From: Cyanobacteria bacterium P01_A01_bin.123
GTDB lineage: Bacteria; Cyanobacteriota; Cyanobacteriia; Phormidesmidales; Phormidesmidaceae
Assembly (NCBI GenBank): GCA_039815185.1
Contig: JBCBZT010000013.1
Location: 1-64,000, forward strand
Length of the DNA stretch: 64,000 nt
Reading direction: 5' to 3'
Shown here in pieces: positions 60,605 through 64,000 of this stretch. Position 1 is the stretch's first letter. Every line of letters begins with the position of its first letter. The notes beneath the pieces are model-generated. The model was not told the origin of the DNA and did not search any database. It saw only the letters and a program-made list of their open reading frames with translations. The position numbers were made by a program, and so were the translations under genes.

Positions 60605-62830
60605 TTGGCATCGCTTAAGCAACTGATTCAACGCCACGTCAATCCCTTTGACCCGACGACCTTTAAGCCGGGGAACTTTTGGCAGGAACAGCAGAACTCA
60701 CAGCTGGAGGTCACTGGCATTCACCAAGATGTGTTGGTGGAGATCGATCGCCTACTGGATCAAATCATCGCCGATCGGGTAACCCGCACATTACTGCTGG
60801 CTGGGGATTCTGGCTCGGGCAAAAGTCATCTGCTGGGTCGACTCAAACAACAGTTCAATGATAAGGCTTTCTTCGCCTACATTGGCCCCTGGGCCGATAG
60901 CGACTACCTCTGGCGGCATACGTTGCGCAACACCGTTGATAGTTTGATTCATGTGCCTGATGGCAAAGCTGAATCCCAGCTCTTGCTCTGGCTTACAAGC
61001 TTGCCCAGTTTAAAGGGACACAGTTTGGTCAAGTGGGTGATGGGGGAGCGCCGTACCTTTATCAGCGATTTGAAGGCTAGCTTTCCGACAGGGATTTACA
61101 ACGCCAAAGAATTTTTTGGGGTGCTTTACGACTTGGCGACCAAACCCGATTTGCGGCTGTTGGCCTACGACTGGCTGCGGGGAGACGATTTAGATGAAGA
61201 AGACTTAAAAGCCTTAAGGGTGAAGCAGTCCATTGATTCAGAAGATCGAGCGCAAAAGATTTTAGGTAACTTTGGCCGCATTTCTGCTTCCACTCAGCCG
61301 ATCGTCCTTTGCTTTGACAACTTAGACAACATTCCGCTGCTGGCCAATGGCAAACCCGATTTTCAAAGTCTGTTTAATGTCAATTCGGCGATTCATAATG
61401 AAAAGCTGAGCAATTTTTTAGTGTTGATCAGCATTATTACCAGCACTTGGGTTCAAAATCGAACTGCGATTCAACCTGCTGATGTCGCCCGGATCAACCA
61501 ACACCTAGCCCTCAAACCCATTACCCTCGACCAAGCCGAAGCGCTTTGGGCCACTCGCCTTGCCCCGCTCCACGCCCAGGCTAAACCGAAACCTAAAAAC
61601 GCGATCGCGCCTCTAACGATTGCCTGGCTCCAATCAAAATTTCCCGGCGGTAAAACCCGACCCCGCAATACGTTGATGCTGGGGCAACAGTTGATTGAGC
61701 AATTCAAGCGAGATGGCAAACTCCCCTCACCGCCAACCAAGATAGTTCCCAGCAGTGCCCCATCGTCCCCGGCAAAAGCGAACGGGCGTTCAGCAACTGA
61801 GGCTAAGCCGCCGCCCGTCAGCATCAAACCGCCACCGCCCCCCCCCAATCGCAAGCTCGAAGCCAGTTTTGATTTGGTGTGGCAGCGGGAATTTCAAAAA
61901 GTTCAAAAGCGGATCACTCGCATCGGTCAACTCTCTTCACCGGACTTGATTCGTGCCTTGCGGGAAGTGTTAGAGGCGCTAGACGTGCCTGGCGTGCGGG
62001 TGCCGTTCCTCAAGGGCAGCAAGTATGGGGCCTACTCGGTGATTTACGAACAGCCCGTCACCACTGGCGTGATTTGGACGGAAGATCGCAATCTCACCAG
62101 CTTTTATCACGTGATGAATGCTTGCCAGCGGGCGATCGATCAAGGCCGCTGCAAACGCCTATACCTGATTCGGTCTGAACATATTGGGCGCTCAAGCAAC
62201 AAAGGCAATCAGCTGTATCGCCAGATTTTTGCCTACGCTAACTATCTGCATGTTTATCCTGACTTGCCGTCGGTTTGGCAGCTAGAGACTTATCACAGCT
62301 TGGTCAATGCCGCTTGTGGTGGAGAACTGGTAGTGGAACGCATGACCCCTGACTTAGCCGCACTGCAACACATGGTTCGCCAGGCCGGGGTATTTGCAAG
62401 CAATAGCCTGCTGCAAGAGTTGGAACTGCTGGCAGAAGACACAGCAACAACTGCCGCTGTGACTCCCGCTAACACCTGGTTCGCCCTACCGTCAACAGAG
62501 CCCACCCCATCCCCGAAAAAAGCGCCGAGTCGTGGCAAGCGCAAACGCGCCTCCTCAAGCAAGGCTAAAGCGTCCCGTCAAACCAACCCCGCGCCAACTG
62601 CAACGGCTAATACCAACCCCGTCAAACAATACCTACTGAATCTAATCACGACCCAACATTTGATGGGGCTAGAAGCCCTGATTCAAACAACTCAGGGACA
62701 GTTTGCGGGCACCAGCGATCGCGACATTGAAGCCCTAATTGACACCCTCTGCCGCGACAATCAATTGCAAATTCTCGATCCCAATGCCAGCCGTGAAGAA
62801 CAACTCATTTGTCTAGTGCCATCTGAGTAA
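60605..62830 (+). CDS. P-loop/AAA ATPase (RcaG-like) co-transcribed with the RcaD-like gene
   Basis: NPFD, Walker A GDSGSGKS, Walker B VLCFDNLD, PRNTL; Pro-rich linkers; 12 nt downstream of the previous gene. Confidence 0.75.
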   Translation: MASLKQLIQRHVNPFDPTTFKPGNFWQEQQNSQLEVTGIHQDVLVEIDRLLDQIIADRVTRTLLLAGDSGSGKSHLLGRLKQQFNDKAFFAYIGPWADSDYLWRHTLRNTVDSLIHVPDGKAESQLLLWLTSLPSLKGHSLVKWVMGERRTFISDLKASFPTGIYNAKEFFGVLYDLATKPDLRLLAYDWLRGDDLDEEDLKALRVKQSIDSEDRAQKILGNFGRISASTQPIVLCFDNLDNIPLLANGKPDFQSLFNVNSAIHNEKLSNFLVLISIITSTWVQNRTAIQPADVARINQHLALKPITLDQAEALWATRLAPLHAQAKPKPKNAIAPLTIAWLQSKFPGGKTRPRNTLMLGQQLIEQFKRDGKLPSPPTKIVPSSAPSSPAKANGRSATEAKPPPVSIKPPPPPPNRKLEASFDLVWQREFQKVQKRITRIGQLSSPDLIRALREVLEALDVPGVRVPFLKGSKYGAYSVIYEQPVTTGVIWTEDRNLTSFYHVMNACQRAIDQGRCKRLYLIRSEHIGRSSNKGNQLYRQIFAYANYLHVYPDLPSVWQLETYHSLVNAACGGELVVERMTPDLAALQHMVRQAGVFASNSLLQELELLAEDTATTAAVTPANTWFALPSTEPTPSPKKAPSRGKRKRASSSKAKASRQTNPAPTATANTNPVKQYLLNLITTQHLMGLEALIQTTQGQFAGTSDRDIEALIDTLCRDNQLQILDPNASREEQLICLVPSE

Positions 62831-62845
62831 TGGGGTAAGTGCGGC

Positions 62846-62938
62846 ACCCGCAACGCGGCGCAGCATGTGGCCGACATTCTAGGGGTCTCCAGGGCAACGG
62901 TTTACAACTGGCTCAACAAAATTAGGAAAACAGGATGA
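62846..62938 (+). pseudogene. C-terminal HTH remnant of a YheO/DauR-like regulator
   Basis: TRNAAQHVADILGVSRATVYNWLNKIRKTG*; the stop overlaps the next ATG (ATGA); no upstream domain present. Confidence 0.6.
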
Positions 62939-64000
62939 CACTCAATCCCTTTCGCATCGAGCAATACTACGCCAAACACGAGTTTACGGCCCAGTATATG
63001 CTCTCCAGTTCCGATGCCCAGGCGCGCACCATTGCAGAACTGTTGGTCTTAGAACCCGAAGCTAGAGAGCGGCTTGACCAGCTGTGGTTGGGCTATACCG
63101 AAGCTCCCGGTGCGCCCTACCTACGCGAAACCATTGCCAAGATTTACACGCAAGCTCAGGCTGAACAGGTGTTGGTGACGGCAGCGGCTGAGGAGGCAAT
63201 TTTTGTGACCTATCATGCCTTGGTAGGGGCGGACGATCATGTGATTGTGGAAACTCCCTGCTACGAGTCGGCCCTTGAACTAGCCCGCAATACTGACGCA
63301 GCGATTTCGACCTGGCCCCGCTATTTTGAAGACGGTTGGGGTCATGATCTCTCAGCGCTGGAAAAGCTCATTCAACCCAATACCAGGCTGATTTATATCA
63401 ACACTCCCTCGAATCCCACTGGGACTTTAATGGACAGGGGCGTTTTGGACAACCTGATGGCGCTAGCGGCAGAGCAAAATATCATCGTGTTTTGTGATGA
63501 GGTGTATCGAGAGCTAGAGCACGACCCCATTCACCGCTTACCCGCAGCGGCCGACCTCTATAAAAACGCGATTTCCCTGGGCTCGATGTCTAAAAGTTAT
63601 GGCTTGCCAGGGCTGCGTTTGGGTTGGCTGGTCTGTCGCAACCCTGACCTGATTCAAAAAATTATAGACTTCAAGCTTTACACCTCAATTTGCAATAGCG
63701 CCCCCAGTGAATTTCTCAGCGATTTAGCTCTACGCCATCGCCATGTCTTGCTAGAGCGCAACCTCAACATCGTGCATCAAAACTTGCCCTTATTAGAAGC
63801 TTTCTTTGAACGCCACCCGGAGATATTTTCATGGGTTAAACCCCAAGCTAGCCCCATTGGCTTTCCGAAGGTGACAATCCAGGGGGATGTGATGGCGTGG
63901 TGTGAAGCGATCGTTCGAGAAACCAGTGTGCTGCTGTTGCCGGGTAGCGTTTATGACCAGCCCCAACACATCCGCATCGGCTTTGGTCGTAGCAACATGC
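62935..64000 (+). CDS. PLP-dependent class I/II aminotransferase (3' end runs off the window)
   Basis: MTLNPFRIEQYY...LGYTEAPG...NTPSNPTG...CDEVY...GSMSKSYGLPGLRLGW. Confidence 0.9.
   Translation, partial: MTLNPFRIEQYYAKHEFTAQYMLSSSDAQARTIAELLVLEPEARERLDQLWLGYTEAPGAPYLRETIAKIYTQAQAEQVLVTAAAEEAIFVTYHALVGADDHVIVETPCYESALELARNTDAAISTWPRYFEDGWGHDLSALEKLIQPNTRLIYINTPSNPTGTLMDRGVLDNLMALAAEQNIIVFCDEVYRELEHDPIHRLPAAADLYKNAISLGSMSKSYGLPGLRLGWLVCRNPDLIQKIIDFKLYTSICNSAPSEFLSDLALRHRHVLLERNLNIVHQNLPLLEAFFERHPEIFSWVKPQASPIGFPKVTIQGDVMAWCEAIVRETSVLLLPGSVYDQPQHIRIGFGRSNM

Larger units (their letters stand above)
1..64000. repeat. HIP1 octamer GCGATCGC, dispersed throughout the window
   Basis: Many copies, e.g. 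237, 1449, 36325, 38722, 39761, 40121, 40779; a hallmark of many cyanobacterial genomes. Confidence 0.95.

Overview
A 64 kb stretch of cyanobacterial chromosome. Abundant HIP1 octamers (GCGATCGC) and genes for a Ycf46-type ATPase, CRR7, ferredoxin-sulfite reductase, a phycobiliprotein-fold protein and a PEP-CTERM protein support this; a filamentous Leptolyngbya-like lineage is a guess. Most of the window is housekeeping: glmM, the rpmH-rnpA-yidC-jag-yceD-ycf46 cluster, sir, gyrA, glgX, remA/rqcH, polA, cbiT, glmU, sbcD, tlyA, ychF and rlmH. I see no rRNA, tRNA, CRISPR array or transposase. The strongest candidates for undescribed biology are: (1) an AT-rich DUF3800 gene with a compact three-way-junction RNA in its leader, lying between a DNA methyltransferase and an RcaD/RcaG-like wHTH + ATPase pair; (2) an isolated DUF4255 - AAA ATPase - effector-like - DUF4157 module that resembles an eCIS core but has no sheath, tube or baseplate genes and has a structured leader; (3) an unannotated ~130-nt sRNA with its own promoter and terminator between rqcH and polA. 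Also present are several small ORFs missed by the ORF track, a ceramidase-like gene broken by one in-frame TGA, a truncated HTH regulator, a likely Pho box and a possible Yfr1 target site. All family assignments come from motif recognition by eye, not database searches.
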